Part shown: positions 63,120 through 64,000 of the stretch, one piece after another
Layout of the letters: each line of letters begins with the position of its first letter
Numbering within the stretch: position 1 is the first letter of the stretch
Assembly (NCBI RefSeq): GCF_902713615.1
Contig: NC_052158.1
Span: forward strand, 42,495,159-42,559,158
DNA: 64,000 nt
Direction of reading: 5' to 3'
From: Scyliorhinus canicula
Taxonomy: Eukaryota
Made by a program: the position numbers and the translations under genes
Notes under the pieces: model-generated
The model's input: the letters and a program-made list of their open reading frames with translations, nothing else
Told to the model about the DNA's origin: nothing
Database searches by the model: none

Positions 63120-64000
63120 AAATTAATCTACACTCCATTATTCTACCATAATCCATGTACCTATCCAATAGCCGCTTGAAGGTCCCTAATGTTTCCGACT
63201 CAACTACTTCCACAGGCAGTGCATTCCATGCCCCCACTACTCTCTGGGTAAAGAACCTACCTCTGACATCCCCCTATATCTTTCACCATTTACCTTAAAT
63301 TTATGTCCCCTTGTAATGGTTTCTTCCACCCAGGGAAAAAGTCTCTGACTGTCTACTCTATCTATTCCCCTGATCATCTTATAAACCTCTATCAAGTTTC
63401 CCCTCTTCCTTCTCCGTTCTAATGAGAAAAAGCCTAGCACCCTCAACTTTTCCTCATAAGACCTACTCTCCATTCCAGGCAACATCCTGGTAAATCTCCT
63501 TTGCATCTTTTTCAAAGCTTCCACATCCTTCCTAAATGAGGCGACCAGAACTGCACACAGTACTCCAAATGTGGCCTGACCAAGGTTTTGTACAGCTGCA
63601 TCATCACCTCACGGCTCTTAAATTCAATCCCTCTGCTTATGAACGCTAGCACACCATAGGCCTTCTTCACAGCTCTATCCACTTGAGTGGCAACTTTCAA
63701 AGATCTATGAACATAGACCCCAAGATCTCTCTGCTCCTCCACATTGCCAAGAACCCTACCATTAACCCTGTATTCCGCATTCATATTTGTCCTTCCAAAA
63801 TGGACAACCTCGCACTTGTCAGGGTTAAACTCCATCTGCCACTTCTCAGCCCAGCTCTGCATCCTATCTATGTCTCTTTGAAGCTGACAACAGCCCTCCT
63901 CACTATCCACAACTCCACCAATCTTCGCATCATCTGCAAATTTACTGACCCACCCTTCTACTCCTTCATCCAAGTCGTTAATGAAAATCAAAACAGCAGA
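63120..64000 (-). mobile_element. CR1-type LINE, RT C-terminal part and 3' region
   Basis: FINDLDEGVEGWVSKFADDAKIGG...QMEFNPDKCEVVHFG...YKTLVRPHLEYCVQFWSP, then ALKKMQRRFTRMLPG...SLERRRKRGNLIEVYK. Confidence 0.92.

Overview
Vertebrate, non-CpG-island, repeat-rich DNA that is very probably from a shark (catshark-like), inferred from HE1/V-SINE, CR1, Penelope and Harbinger families and from the MHC exon. One host gene is visible. It is an MHC class II beta chain on the minus strand, with leader exon 1 at 17790-17892, beta-1 exon 2 at 10323-10583, and a canonical S-X1/X2-Y promoter module at 18504-18573. Its beta-2/TM exons were not found in the window. Exon 2 sits between two inverted arrays of one ~34-bp GC minisatellite. 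About 1.8 kb upstream of the promoter, a 44-bp satellite is interrupted by a decayed Ty3/Gypsy element (20343-59197). A retrovirus-like provirus inserted into that element with a 4-bp TSD (CTAT), and an ~11.85-kb segment (Gypsy pol + provirus) was then amplified to three tandem copies. The provirus has gag-TGA-pol in one frame, a YVDD RT, a dead Gypsy-like RNase H tether plus a second intact retroviral-type RNase H, and an integrase. It has no env. At the env position it carries a 114-aa ORF with signal peptide, cystine loop, TM helix and polybasic tail, an architecture resembling FAST-type fusogens. This ORF is the best candidate for an undescribed system. All assignments are by eye from motifs; no database searches were run.
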